From IMG/VR virus record IMGVR_UViG_3300042914_003341: 64,000 bases of DNA; one strand, given 5' to 3'. The notes beneath the pieces are model-generated. The model was not told the origin of the DNA, did not search any database, and saw only the letters and a program-made list of their open reading frames with translations. Origin of the DNA: an uncultured virus (IMG/VR IMGVR_UViG_3300042914_003341) (lineage: Duplodnaviria > Heunggongvirae > Uroviricota > Caudoviricetes). This document shows, one piece after another, positions 1-9,224 of this stretch; the first letter of the stretch is position 1; each line of letters opens with the position of its first letter. The position numbers and the translations under genes were made by a program.

Positions 1-7
1 TAGTCGC

Positions 8-54
8 GAAAAGAAAAGACAAAAGGGCCGGAACCTTTCGGCGCCAGCCCCCTT
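8..54 (-). terminator. Probable intrinsic terminator closing the leftward transcription unit
   Basis: Minus strand reads GGGCTGG-CGCC-GAAA-GGTT-CCGGCCC followed by TTTTGTCTTTTCTTTT (imperfect GC hairpin, GAAA loop, U-tract). Confidence 0.6.
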
Positions 55-69
55 GCCATGCTTTTATAC

Positions 70-98
70 TTGACTCTTGGATTGGTTTGTGCTAGAAT
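70..98 (+). promoter_or_regulatory. Plus-strand sigma70-type promoter (antisense to the gene array)
   Basis: TTGACT(70-75)-N17-TAGAAT(93-98), preceded by TGC like the minus-strand promoters. Confidence 0.55.
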
Positions 99-220
99 CT
101 CAGCCGGGAGGCGCCCGCGCGTTGATCATTCTATTAGTTCCTAGATGGCAGTCTGTTTCTATTGGTTAGGTGTCAAGTCACCGGTTTGGGAGGCGCTCTT
201 GATCGATTCATTGTTGTGCT

Positions 221-457
221 TTACCCTTCGTCCTTGACGGCGCCGAGCACCAGCATGCTGCGGCACGTGATCTCGAATGCATTCCCCGGAAGCGTCAGCG
301 TCGCGGTTTCCCCATCGAGCCGGATTACCGGGCGATTGACGGCGCGCGACGCGTTGGGGGCGCTACGCTCGATGTCAACTACCGTTGCCTTGCGAGCCTT
401 TGCCATGTCGAAACCGTAGCCAACCCAGATCCGCGAACCGATCACCAGAGCTCCCAT
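221..457 (-). CDS. Hypothetical protein
   Basis: ORF directly downstream of promoter 486-514. Confidence 0.6.
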   Translation of the reverse strand: MGALVIGSRIWVGYGFDMAKARKATVVDIERSAPNASRAVNRPVIRLDGETATLTLPGNAFEITCRSMLVLGAVKDEG

Positions 458-517
458 CGCATCACCGTTCCCTCTCTATGCTTCTACCTTAGCACCACGT
501 CGCGAGGTTGTCAAGGC

Positions 518-790
518 TCAGTCGATGTACTGGCACCGCACTTCCCGGATCGTCTCCCAGGAATAGCACCGACCATTGTAGCGCCATTCGCGGTTGCTGT
601 CAAGGCGTTCGAACATGGAATTCGCCTCGTGGAGCTGGTTCAGCTTCGTACAGTAGTCCTCGGCGGCGCTCTGGTCGTTGCAGTCAAGGACGCGTCCATC
701 GGAACCCGCGGGAGGCATGTTGTCATCGATCCCGTAGTTGAAGGAACCATTGCCGCTGCGCCCACGGGAGATGCTGTATCGCTTCGCCAT
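518..790 (-). CDS. Hypothetical protein
   Basis: Start refined to MAKRYS downstream of promoter 821-849. Confidence 0.65.
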   Translation of the reverse strand: MAKRYSISRGRSGNGSFNYGIDDNMPPAGSDGRVLDCNDQSAAEDYCTKLNQLHEANSMFERLDSNREWRYNGRCYSWETIREVRCQYID

Positions 791-863
791 GATGTGTTTC
801 CTTTGCCTCTCTATGCTTTGACCATAGCATCCCCGCGGGCATCTGTCAAGTGTCTGATCGCGA

Positions 864-1169
864 TCAGAACTGCGATTCAGGCGCCTCCAACTCGCCGCGG
901 AGACTTGACAGGTGATCTCGGAGATTCTCATGGATTCCCAGAAGCTCAGTCACGAGGTGCGTTCCTCCCATGTGAAACTTGACGGCCGAGAGACGCGTCG
1001 CCGTCGATTCTGAGTTTCCATCGCTCACATAGGCGTTAGCAGACTTGAGAGCTTCTCCCGCGCATGACAGCTTGTGCGCCGCCGCAGCCAGATCCGAGAG
1101 CGCCTGATCGACGAGTCCCGCCGCGACGGCGGCATGAGTGATGGCCGCGGTGATGGATTCGTTGCTCAT
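864..1169 (-). CDS. Hypothetical protein
   Basis: ORF behind promoter 1203-1231. Confidence 0.7.
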   Translation of the reverse strand: MSNESITAAITHAAVAAGLVDQALSDLAAAAHKLSCAGEALKSANAYVSDGNSESTATRLSAVKFHMGGTHLVTELLGIHENLRDHLSSLRGELEAPESQF

Positions 1170-1227
1170 TGTTTGTACCCTTTCCCTCTCTTCTATGTTC
1201 CTACCTTAACAGACCATTGCGGGTCTG

Positions 1228-1572
1228 TCAAGGGAGATTGGTGCACCACGCGTCCCCGTCACCATCCCGGTCTGCATTGCTCACGGCGCATGCGTAGTAG
1301 CAGGGTTGCGCGGGGCATCCGTTCTTGACGTCGTGGGGGATGTTGTCATCGCTACCACCGATGCACCGCACGTTCAGATCTGCCTTGACACCCTCCACGG
1401 TGACGTGGTAGTCGGCCGGGTCATAGCTGGGACCGTTCATCGCTCGCACGCGCACCGCGTGATCGATTGCCTCAGCCATCGTGCGAAACGTCGCGGCAAC
1501 CCTTGACGACTCCCCGAGATACCCGCTGGTAATGCCGCAGTAGTCCGCCCGGTGCTCGATGACGTTGAACAT
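1228..1572 (-). CDS. Hypothetical protein
   Basis: ORF behind promoter at ~1602; stop TGA lies in the next -35 box. Confidence 0.7.
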   Translation of the reverse strand: MFNVIEHRADYCGITSGYLGESSRVAATFRTMAEAIDHAVRVRAMNGPSYDPADYHVTVEGVKADLNVRCIGGSDDNIPHDVKNGCPAQPCYYACAVSNADRDGDGDAWCTNLP

Positions 1573-1639
1573 TGTGGATCCCTTTTCCTCTCTATGTTCT
1601 GACTCTATCAGATGCGCCGAGGTTTGTCAAGTGCCGCGG

Positions 1640-1936
1640 TTAGCGCAGGGCGTCAAGGCCCATGGTGGGTTCCGGGGCGTTGATGGTGATGGAATAGGAA
1701 CCGTTCACCCAGACCCTCGCACCTCCCTTGACAGCGCCGCCGTGCCATTCCCCGTGCCATTGGAGCTTGTTGACGAGCTCCGTCAGCGCCTTGACATGCT
1801 CCATCTCATCGGTCTTCTCTTGACCGCATGCCACCGTCAGGGTTGCGCCGCACGGCGCGGTTGCCTTGATGCGCGCCCCGCGGTTAGTCGTGGGCGGGAT
1901 GTACTTGGTTTCGATGCTCTGGCGGATCATGATCAA
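1640..1936 (-). CDS. Hypothetical phage protein (IETKYIPPT..RGARIKA motif)
   Basis: ORF behind promoter 1961-1989. Confidence 0.7.
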   Translation of the reverse strand: MIMIRQSIETKYIPPTTNRGARIKATAPCGATLTVACGQEKTDEMEHVKALTELVNKLQWHGEWHGGAVKGGARVWVNGSYSITINAPEPTMGLDALR

Positions 1937-1998
1937 TCACCGTTCCCTTTCGATGTTCCTACCTTAGCAGGTTGTTGGGAGGTTGTCAAGGCAACCTC

Positions 1999-2184
1999 TC
2001 ACTCGATGCTGTCGCGGATATCTTTGACGGTTTCACGCTTGAATCGTGAGCGTGCCACGCCGCGAAGGTGCGCACGGAGGTTGCGGTGCCATGCTGAGCG
2101 CCCGATGGTGCGATTGCAGCATTCGCAGTGAAAACCTCCGATGCCAGCGACCGTGGCAGACGTGCAGAGCGTTCGCGCATCCAT
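1999..2184 (-). CDS. Small Cys-containing hypothetical protein
   Basis: ORF behind promoter at ~2216; CxCC motif. Confidence 0.6.
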   Translation of the reverse strand: MDARTLCTSATVAGIGGFHCECCNRTIGRSAWHRNLRAHLRGVARSRFKRETVKDIRDSIE

Positions 2185-2360
2185 TGTGTTTCCCTTGGTT
2201 CCTTTCTATGCTCTAACTATAGCACCATGCGATGAGGTTGTCAAGAGAGCTCTGGACCTTGCAACGCCTCAAGGGCGCTGTCGGTTGGTTACGACACACG
2301 CCCCGGAGGTTTTATCTTAGCAGCATTGCACTGCTGTTGTCAAGCGCAGTGTCGAGGCGA

Positions 2361-2918
2361 TCAGAGGAGGGCGATGTCGGCGAGGGCGTCGATGGTGTCG
2401 CTTGACACCGGGGCGGTGACGCCCTGCGGAGACGTCTCGCCCACATCATCGAAGTCAAGGCCCGCGGGGACGACGAGGTCGGTCTTCGTATCACCCACAT
2501 CCGAGAAGTCAAGGGGCTCGTCGGCGGGGCGCCCCATCGGAGCCACGTTGAGCACCGCGACGGCGCGCTCCGTCTTGACACGCTTGCGGGGGAACTGGAC
2601 CACCTCGGGCGGCGTATACGCCGTGACCTCGGTGCGCTCGATCTTACCACAGTTGGCGAGCGCCGTCAAGAGACTGTCCATCGAGAGGTCGTAAACCTCG
2701 GTGGGACGGCCACGCTGCCCTTCGTTGTGGTGCCGCCCGATGCCCTGCGCGGCCTTCAGGAACACCGCGAGGTTGATCAACTGCGCCGCAGTCGCGTACT
2801 CGGAGCCGAGAGCCTTCGCGAGCGCGGCGACGGTGATGCCCCAGCGACCAGTGCGGGTGACGGTGCCGCTGTTGTTGATGGCGGCGGGGACGGTGGTGGA
2901 GGCGATGGTCTGCGTCAT
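2361..2918 (-). CDS. Putative winged-HTH DNA-binding protein with acidic low-complexity tail; paralog of 41464-41979
   Basis: ITVAALAKALGS..AAQLINL..GQRGRPTEVYDLS (HTH plus GRP wing); very high GC3; three stacked promoters upstream. Confidence 0.55.
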   Translation of the reverse strand: MTQTIASTTVPAAINNSGTVTRTGRWGITVAALAKALGSEYATAAQLINLAVFLKAAQGIGRHHNEGQRGRPTEVYDLSMDSLLTALANCGKIERTEVTAYTPPEVVQFPRKRVKTERAVAVLNVAPMGRPADEPLDFSDVGDTKTDLVVPAGLDFDDVGETSPQGVTAPVSSDTIDALADIALL

Positions 2919-3179
2919 GGTGTGTGTGCCCTTTCGATGTTCTGACTCTAGCAGGTTGCTGGGAGGTTGTCAAGAGGCTGTTGTTGATGCTGTTGCGGTG
3001 AGAGCGCCGGTTTCTGTTTCTTTCGTACTCCCTCGCTTTCGTTCGATGTTTAGACCTTAGCAGGTTGCTTGGAGGTTGTCAAGGGAGAGTGTTCGCCGCC
3101 GTTTCTTTCCTTGTTGTGCTCAGGCTTTCACTCTCACCTTAGCACGTTCGTTTTGTGTTGTCAAGACGGTGTGTTGTGA

Positions 3180-3461
3180 TCACTCCTCCAGCAGCACGAA
3201 GATGTCGGCCGACGGCGCAGCGACGATAGCGCCGTCAAGACATTCCTCCGCGCCGGGGATCTCATCGCAGAACCGGTCAAGACGCACAAAGGTCGCATCG
3301 TTGGTGCCCCATGCGAACTGGGAGTTGTTGACAGATTCCAGGAACTCATCCCGCACGTCGTCATGCGATTCCGTGCCGCGATCGTGGAACTTGTCAGCAT
3401 ATTCGTTGGCGATGTCCGACAGCTTGACGAAGGTGATGGTGCGATCAGCGGTGTGGATCAT
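3180..3461 (-). CDS. Acidic hypothetical protein
   Basis: ORF behind promoter at ~3491; D/E-rich. Confidence 0.7.
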   Translation of the reverse strand: MIHTADRTITFVKLSDIANEYADKFHDRGTESHDDVRDEFLESVNNSQFAWGTNDATFVRLDRFCDEIPGAEECLDGAIVAAPSADIFVLLEE

Positions 3462-3526
3462 GGTGTTGTGCGCTCCCTTGTGATGCTCTTACCTTAGCAG
3501 TTTGCTCTGAGGTTGTCAAGTACGTC

Positions 3527-3715
3527 TCAGAAGGCGCCATTGTTGCGATACCAGCCATTGTCGGTCTTGACGAGCTTTCCGTCACGAAGCGCCGCGAAGA
3601 CCGCTGCGCTTGACAGCCGCGTGCGGAGCTGGCGGGCGGTGTACAGGATCCGCGGCGGAAGGATCTTGACAGTGCCACGATAGTTGGAGGTGTCGCGCTT
3701 CTTGGTTTCGGTCAT
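3527..3715 (-). CDS. Hypothetical protein
   Basis: Start refined to MTETKK behind promoter at ~3745. Confidence 0.6.
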   Translation of the reverse strand: MTETKKRDTSNYRGTVKILPPRILYTARQLRTRLSSAAVFAALRDGKLVKTDNGWYRNNGAF

Positions 3716-3846
3716 GTTGTTTCGTGCTCCCTTTCGATGTTCTGACCTTAGCACTCCCGTTCTGGTCTGTCAAGTGCGCCGTCATGCTCAGTGCCGCGGT
3801 GGGTTGCCTTGACGGGATAGCAGTTGGAGTGCAAGGGTGTTGGAGC

Positions 3847-3990
3847 CTAGCAGTTGGCCGCAGGATTGTCAAGAACAATGGTCTGACTGGGAGCCGTCAG
3901 AAGAACGGAAAGTTTGTTGCAACAAACTTTCCTGTCTTTTGTTATCCCAGCAAGACCGTTGGCCTTGACAGCCGTGTGAAAGATTGCTAG
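3847..3990. repeat. ~145-bp imperfect inverted repeat with a perfect 26-bp palindromic core and two divergent promoters
   Basis: Core ggaaagtttgttg|caacaaactttcc at 3907-3932; arms share ctagca..tgtcaag..caa(t/c)ggtct..ctggga. Confidence 0.85.
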
Positions 3991-4079
3991 AACAATCCTA
4001 CGACATGGATGCGCTCGCTCATGCACGTCCACCTCGTGTGAGCTGTGGTTTACTACCACAATTCCTATGGTTTTGGCGG

Positions 4080-4370
4080 CTAACACGTCATGGCATTCTC
4101 ATGGGTTGCTTCAATGATGGCAATGTCATCACACTGATCAAACCCAACAATTCTCACTTGCACCGGCTCAGTCTCCCCACCAAGCACCGTCGTCTGGAGC
4201 TTGAATCGATAACCAAACTCATTGCAGATGATATTCAGGAGATATGGCACCATATCTTCATCAATGTTGGCACCATTGTGCCTATACGTGGAAAGTGGAA
4301 ACGACAGCACCACCTCGCGGTTTGTCATGTCGAATGACTTGAAATGGATGTTGTAAACGATTGCACTCAT
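4080..4370 (-). CDS. Hypothetical protein
   Basis: ORF behind promoter at ~4405. Confidence 0.65.
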   Translation of the reverse strand: MSAIVYNIHFKSFDMTNREVVLSFPLSTYRHNGANIDEDMVPYLLNIICNEFGYRFKLQTTVLGGETEPVQVRIVGFDQCDDIAIIEATHENAMTC

Positions 4371-4751
4371 GATCCGTTGCTCCTTTGTTCGTTTCTATGA
4401 TCAGACCTTAGCACACCATCCCAGCACTGTCAAGCACACCGTCTAGGCCAACATAGACACCAGGAAACATCCCGGGTTTGTTGTTCTTTCATTCCAGACA
4501 GGACTGCGGCCATGCCTTGACGTCAGCATACCCATCCAGAACGCGCACAATATTCCTGCAATGCCCTGGAACGGTTTGGACGAGTGTTTGTGTGTTCTTT
4601 TGACAGAGGCGATTGAATCGATTATAAGGCGCCTCTGCGGGCGTGTGAGCGCCCGTGCACGAGAAACACGCGCACACGAGAAAAGGGGCCTCCCCTCGCG
4701 AGGCCAGCCCCAAGTCTCAGTCAAGTGTTTTGTTGTAGGTTTGGTGGTGTT

Positions 4752-4916
4752 CTAATCCTCACACACCTCAAACTCCATCCAGCCTATTGCTGCGTCCAAA
4801 CCTTTGATGAAAGCATCGAGTTCTTTGTCTGTATCAAAGACGTACTCGATGGCTTCGGCCGGATCTGCGCTCTCGATTCTCTCTTGGCCAAACCAGATCT
4901 TGATAGAGGGATTCAT
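4752..4916 (-). CDS. Small hypothetical protein (54 aa, below ORF-track cutoff)
   Basis: Translated by hand: MNPSIKIWFGQERIESADPAEAIEYVFDTDKELDAFIKGLDAAIGWMEFEVCED*. Confidence 0.6.
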   Translation of the reverse strand: MNPSIKIWFGQERIESADPAEAIEYVFDTDKELDAFIKGLDAAIGWMEFEVCED

Positions 4917-4970
4917 GGTGTGCCAGCCTTTCGTGTGGTGTTTCTCAGTCTGGTGTTTGTTTTTCGAATG

Positions 4971-5357
4971 TCAGCGGAGACGGCCGCTGATGTACGCGAG
5001 GGTTTCCTCGCGTCGGTGTGCGGGGATTCGGTTCAGTGCCTTGATGGCATCGTTGACCGCAGCGAGTTCCGGGTCAGAGATCCGATCGACGGCCACCAGC
5101 GGGTTGTTGGCTCGGATCGTACCATCTCCTGTCAGCGATGTCAAGAGCACCGCGAGCATCTCGGTGCTCGCCTCGTGGCTGTGATCGATCTTGGCACCGG
5201 TCATCATGTCGATGACCTGCTTCGCCCCCGTCAAGGAGCACGTGCGTCCCGCTGCTTCGGTGTTTTCGCGGAAATACTTGATCGCTTCGACGTGCTTCTT
5301 GTCCTTGACGAGCCGGAAGACGTGCATGATCATGGAGTGCGTGGTGTTGGTGCTCAT
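4971..5357 (-). CDS. Protein with a ribosomal L7/L12 C-terminal-like motif
   Basis: HVEAIKYFRENT...SLTGAKQVID resembles KIxAIKxxRxxTGxGLxEAKxxVD. Confidence 0.45.
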   Translation of the reverse strand: MSTNTTHSMIMHVFRLVKDKKHVEAIKYFRENTEAAGRTCSLTGAKQVIDMMTGAKIDHSHEASTEMLAVLLTSLTGDGTIRANNPLVAVDRISDPELAAVNDAIKALNRIPAHRREETLAYISGRLR

Positions 5358-5453
5358 GGTGTTTTGTGTTCCGTGTGTTCGTTGTTGAGGACGATCAGAC
5401 TCTAACCGGTTGCTGGGAGTCTGTCAAGGGCTTTGGTTTGTTGTTGTTATCTC

Positions 5454-5831
5454 TCAGCCGAGGATGCCCTTCCATCGACGGATGCCGTGCCACTGATCCT
5501 TGGGAATGCTGTTGCAAACCTTGTCAACGATCTCATCGAGACGCTTGGCGCGCTCGGCGCGGTACTTGCTGCGGGATTCCACGCCCGCAGGACATTCGAT
5601 GTCAAAATCCGCCATCACGGGCATGCACCAGTGCTTCGGTTCGCGACTCAGGGTGAAAGCCGTCATGCGCCAGATGTACTGGGAATCGCCGGAACAATGA
5701 TCCGGCTTCGATGCCCTGAGCCCACCGGCATTCTTTCCCTGGTTTGCGATGATCGGAGCCACCATGTTACGCTCCAGATCCGTCAGGCCCATGGCATCGA
5801 GGTTCAGCTTTGCAGAGATCATTGCGTTCAC
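5454..5831 (-). CDS. Hypothetical protein
   Basis: ORF behind promoter at ~5858. Confidence 0.7.
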   Translation of the reverse strand: MNAMISAKLNLDAMGLTDLERNMVAPIIANQGKNAGGLRASKPDHCSGDSQYIWRMTAFTLSREPKHWCMPVMADFDIECPAGVESRSKYRAERAKRLDEIVDKVCNSIPKDQWHGIRRWKGILG

Positions 5832-5883
5832 TTGCTCCTGTGCTGCGGTGATGTTTAGACCTTAGCAGACCGTTGCAACTCTG

Positions 5884-6246
5884 TCAAGACGTGCCAAACA
5901 GGTCGGACCCAGTGACAAGACCAGACGCAATGATTCGCTCTTCAAACTCGGTCGGCAGAGCCGCTAGCCGCACATGAAGCTTGGCATTGGTGAGGTAATA
6001 GACCTCACTGAATGGATCGCGACGCGAGACGGTTGCAACCATGTACTGCTCTTCGAGTTCAATACACAATCCGGTGTCCGACACCGCATGGTGGTTGTCA
6101 ACACCAGAAGCGTACATCGCGAATGCTCGCTTGCAGACATCGATGCGCTTATCGTTTTCGTAATGCGGCGTCTTGATCGTGATGCCACCGCCAGAGCGCA
6201 CGCCCTGAGAATCAAGGCGCGTGAACGTTACGTTGAAATATCCCAT
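5884..6246 (-). CDS. Hypothetical protein
   Basis: Start refined to MGYFNV behind promoter at ~6299. Confidence 0.6.
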   Translation of the reverse strand: MGYFNVTFTRLDSQGVRSGGGITIKTPHYENDKRIDVCKRAFAMYASGVDNHHAVSDTGLCIELEEQYMVATVSRRDPFSEVYYLTNAKLHVRLAALPTEFEERIIASGLVTGSDLFGTS

Positions 6247-6323
6247 CGTGATGCCTGCTTCCTGCACGTTGTTGCGTTGCTGCCCTTGAGATGGTCTGAC
6301 CTTAGCAGACCGTTTGGAACCTG

Positions 6324-6533
6324 TCAAGACGAAGACGAAGACGAAGACGAGCTCTTGAACAGGAGTAAGCAGAGCCATGTAACGCAAAAGGCATGCCACA
6401 GATCAAGGCCGCGCACACCAGGAAAAACATCTGGAATAGCAGCATTCCAGAGGAGCATCACCGGGATGCATGAAAGAATGGCCAACAGGAACGAGAGGAG
6501 GAGAAGCGCACCAAACTTCATGAGGTTTTCCAT
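6324..6533 (-). CDS. Small membrane protein with poly-Ser tail
   Basis: Two hydrophobic segments; GACGAA repeats encode the Ser run. Confidence 0.65.
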   Translation of the reverse strand: MENLMKFGALLLLSFLLAILSCIPVMLLWNAAIPDVFPGVRGLDLWHAFCVTWLCLLLFKSSSSSSSSS

Positions 6534-6598
6534 ATTGTTTTCCTTTGATGTCTAGCTGTTGTTCGTTGCCGCGGAGACACTCAGACCTTAGCAGACCA

Positions 6599-7015
6599 TC
6601 AACTGTTTGTCAAGGCGCTGTGTGAGCGTCTCAGTGCAATGTACGTTGTCAAGCCGTGCGCATAGCTGATGCGAAAGGTTCCTAGGAGCGCACCCATGTT
6701 GAACACCGGTTGTTTCTGATATTCCAGCGGTGTGCCGATGGCAGCGACAGCATGGAGGTTTTCGCCGCGAATCTTTGACCGCTGCCAGCAGACCTTTCTC
6801 TCAGCATTGATCAGAGCTCTGGCGGTGCTGATTCTCCCGCCAATGCTCGATCTGCCTTGGAGGATGGCACGGAGCGATGCGAGATCGTGTGAACAATGCC
6901 ACTGATGGCCGCTTTCCAGGATTGCTTCCAGATATGCCATGGCAGACTCCGGAGAGTCATACTCCACGCTCCCAAGCATATAGTCCAGCAATGACTTTAT
7001 GTTGATGTTTGACAT
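6599..7015 (-). CDS. Hypothetical protein
   Basis: Start refined to MSNINIK. Confidence 0.55.
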   Translation of the reverse strand: MSNINIKSLLDYMLGSVEYDSPESAMAYLEAILESGHQWHCSHDLASLRAILQGRSSIGGRISTARALINAERKVCWQRSKIRGENLHAVAAIGTPLEYQKQPVFNMGALLGTFRISYAHGLTTYIALRRSHSALTNS

Positions 7016-7022
7016 CTGATGA

Positions 7023-7271
7023 TCAGCCGTTCTCGCGGTAGGTGAAGACGTACCAATCGCCCTCACAGCACAGCCGCTGTGCAATGTAATAGTAGTTGCT
7101 CCCATAGAGCGTTTCGAGGTACTTGTCGAACTCGCGATGGGTGATCAGTTCGCGGTAGTTCTCAGTAGTAACCTTGACGGCAACCACTTCAATCCTCCAG
7201 CCATTCGGGAGAGTGCCGACCGACACGCGAAACGTGTCACGGAATTGTTCCGGAGTCATCTTGATGCTCAT
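7023..7271 (-). CDS. Hypothetical protein
   Basis: Start refined to MSIKMT behind promoter at ~7300. Confidence 0.65.
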   Translation of the reverse strand: MSIKMTPEQFRDTFRVSVGTLPNGWRIEVVAVKVTTENYRELITHREFDKYLETLYGSNYYYIAQRLCCEGDWYVFTYRENG

Positions 7272-7332
7272 GGTGATGTTCCTCGTTTGAGATGCTCTGA
7301 CCTTAGCAGATGGCTGGGAGGCTGTCAAGAGA

Positions 7333-7623
7333 TCAGGAGTTCAGAGTCGCGACGAGATAGATCCCGAGCTTGATCCCAGCAGGGATTGAAAGAATCAATC
7401 CCGTCAGTGTTCCTTCGATCTCAGACACTCCACCAATCGCCAGGAAAAAGCAGATGGTGAGGAGGCAGAGCATCGGGACGATTCCCGGGACCATCACCCA
7501 GAGGCATCCGAGCAGAGCAGAACAGAAAATCGTTGCAGCATTGATGTACTTGTTCCGGCTGAATCCGACCGACGCCAGAAGGAACGTCATCACCAGAAAC
7601 ACGATACCATAGAAGATGTGCAT
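7333..7623 (-). CDS. Membrane protein
   Basis: Almost entirely hydrophobic, 3-4 predicted TM segments. Confidence 0.65.
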   Translation of the reverse strand: MHIFYGIVFLVMTFLLASVGFSRNKYINAATIFCSALLGCLWVMVPGIVPMLCLLTICFFLAIGGVSEIEGTLTGLILSIPAGIKLGIYLVATLNS

Positions 7624-7710
7624 TGTTGCGACCTTTCGTGTTGTTGAAACCTGATGAGATGATCTTAGCAGGGACTTAGTTGGTTGTCAAGTGAAGCGGC
7701 AAGCGCAGCG

Positions 7711-8214
7711 TCAAGGAGCTTCGAGCGCAGCGAGTTGTTTGCGCATCGCCGGATCAACGCGATGGCCATTTTCTTCGCAGAATTCAATCAGGCGCCGCAT
7801 GATCGCAGCTTCCTTTGCGCGCTTTGCACGCTCAATGTTCTGCTCGGCGCGGTTGATTTCTGCCAAAATCAATTCCGGGTTTTGCGTGCCGTTGATTGAA
7901 TCAGTGATGAATTCGCGTCGGCCATCCTGGTGGTTCACTAGGAGCAGCGCGCCATCATTCAGGAGCTCATGCGAGATCATCGATGAAAGATCAGTAAAGA
8001 AACTGGGAGTGTTGAATTGCAGCACAGAACGGAACAAGAACCTTTGTTCAGGGTTCACGTTGCAATTATTCCAGGAAAGCAGCTTGCGAATGATCGTGCC
8101 AATCGCGGTTTCCTCAGAATATTCTTCGAGGTATCTTTCGATGATGTTCACCCCCATGGCAAGCTCGTCTTGTGCTGAGCGCAATTGTCCTTCTAGCATC
8201 TCTTGGTAGTTCAT
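7711..8214 (-). CDS. Hypothetical protein
   Basis: ORF behind promoter at ~8244. Confidence 0.7.
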   Translation of the reverse strand: MNYQEMLEGQLRSAQDELAMGVNIIERYLEEYSEETAIGTIIRKLLSWNNCNVNPEQRFLFRSVLQFNTPSFFTDLSSMISHELLNDGALLLVNHQDGRREFITDSINGTQNPELILAEINRAEQNIERAKRAKEAAIMRRLIEFCEENGHRVDPAMRKQLAALEAP

Positions 8215-8291
8215 CGCAGCCTCCGTTCCAGCTCCATGGTCTTACCTTAGCAGCCCCTTGCGGGGCTGTCAAGTCACCGGTTGATCGATGC

Positions 8292-8615
8292 TCAGCTTCC
8301 AGTTCTTCCAGCAAATCCCATGATGTTCGATCCGCTCGGCGTGGTGAAGGTTGAACCGCTCCCAGAGAAGGGATGCGTACCGTGCGAGTGAGAATTGATC
8401 CCACGAGTCGGCTGCTGGACGTGATTGGTCTGAATGCTCAGACCGAATCCCTTGAGCTCCTCAATGATCTGAGAAATGCCAACCCGGGTGTTGGCCGCGA
8501 CCTTCTGCGCTTCGCCAGGAAGGAACGCAGTGCGCTCATCATCCAGGAGAAACTCAACGAAAGCCTCGACACTCATGAACTCGGGCTCGACACTGTTGCG
8601 CTTCGCCATGATCAT
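8292..8615 (-). CDS. Hypothetical protein
   Basis: ORF behind promoter 8652-8680. Confidence 0.7.
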   Translation of the reverse strand: MIMAKRNSVEPEFMSVEAFVEFLLDDERTAFLPGEAQKVAANTRVGISQIIEELKGFGLSIQTNHVQQPTRGINSHSHGTHPFSGSGSTFTTPSGSNIMGFAGRTGS

Positions 8616-8676
8616 CACCTCGTTGTTGTCTTGCGTTGCTGGGATGGTTAGACCTTAGCAGATAGCTTGGAACCTG

Positions 8677-9159
8677 TCAAGAAGGCTGCATGTAGGATTC
8701 GATCATGTCATAGAGAGCCTGCTTCGACTCCCGGATGCTTCGTGAAACATTGATGATGTTCCGTTCCGCCTCGGTGAGCGCACGGTGGTTGCTGCATTCC
8801 TCAAGGAAACATGCCGCGCTCTCAACGTGCATCGCGAAGTCATCGACATGGTACGCAACCATCGCGCGGGCCAGGGAGTTCTCTGCATCAATTCGCGGAT
8901 CCCGCTTCGCACTGGCATCCCAGCCAGGAGTGATTTCCCGCTTGAAATTGCCACGATGATCCCAGGTCGAACCATCGACGGAGAAATTGATCTCACCATC
9001 CCAGCCTTCGCAATTGCAAGTGACAATTCCGGAGTCCACATAACCATCATCATAGAAAACACTGACGACCTTGGCCTTGTCGGCACAACCATCGATGGTT
9101 TCATTGAGGTTGATCACGTCGCCGACCTTGATGCTGAAAATGAACGTCTGGTTGCTCAT
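8677..9159 (-). CDS. Hypothetical protein
   Basis: ORF behind promoter at ~9200; stop within the next -35. Confidence 0.7.
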   Translation of the reverse strand: MSNQTFIFSIKVGDVINLNETIDGCADKAKVVSVFYDDGYVDSGIVTCNCEGWDGEINFSVDGSTWDHRGNFKREITPGWDASAKRDPRIDAENSLARAMVAYHVDDFAMHVESAACFLEECSNHRALTEAERNIINVSRSIRESKQALYDMIESYMQPS

Positions 9160-9224
9160 TGCCTTCGTGCTCCGTCTGGGTTGCTGTGAAGTGAGTCAGA
9201 CCTTAGCAGGTTGCTGGGAGCCTG

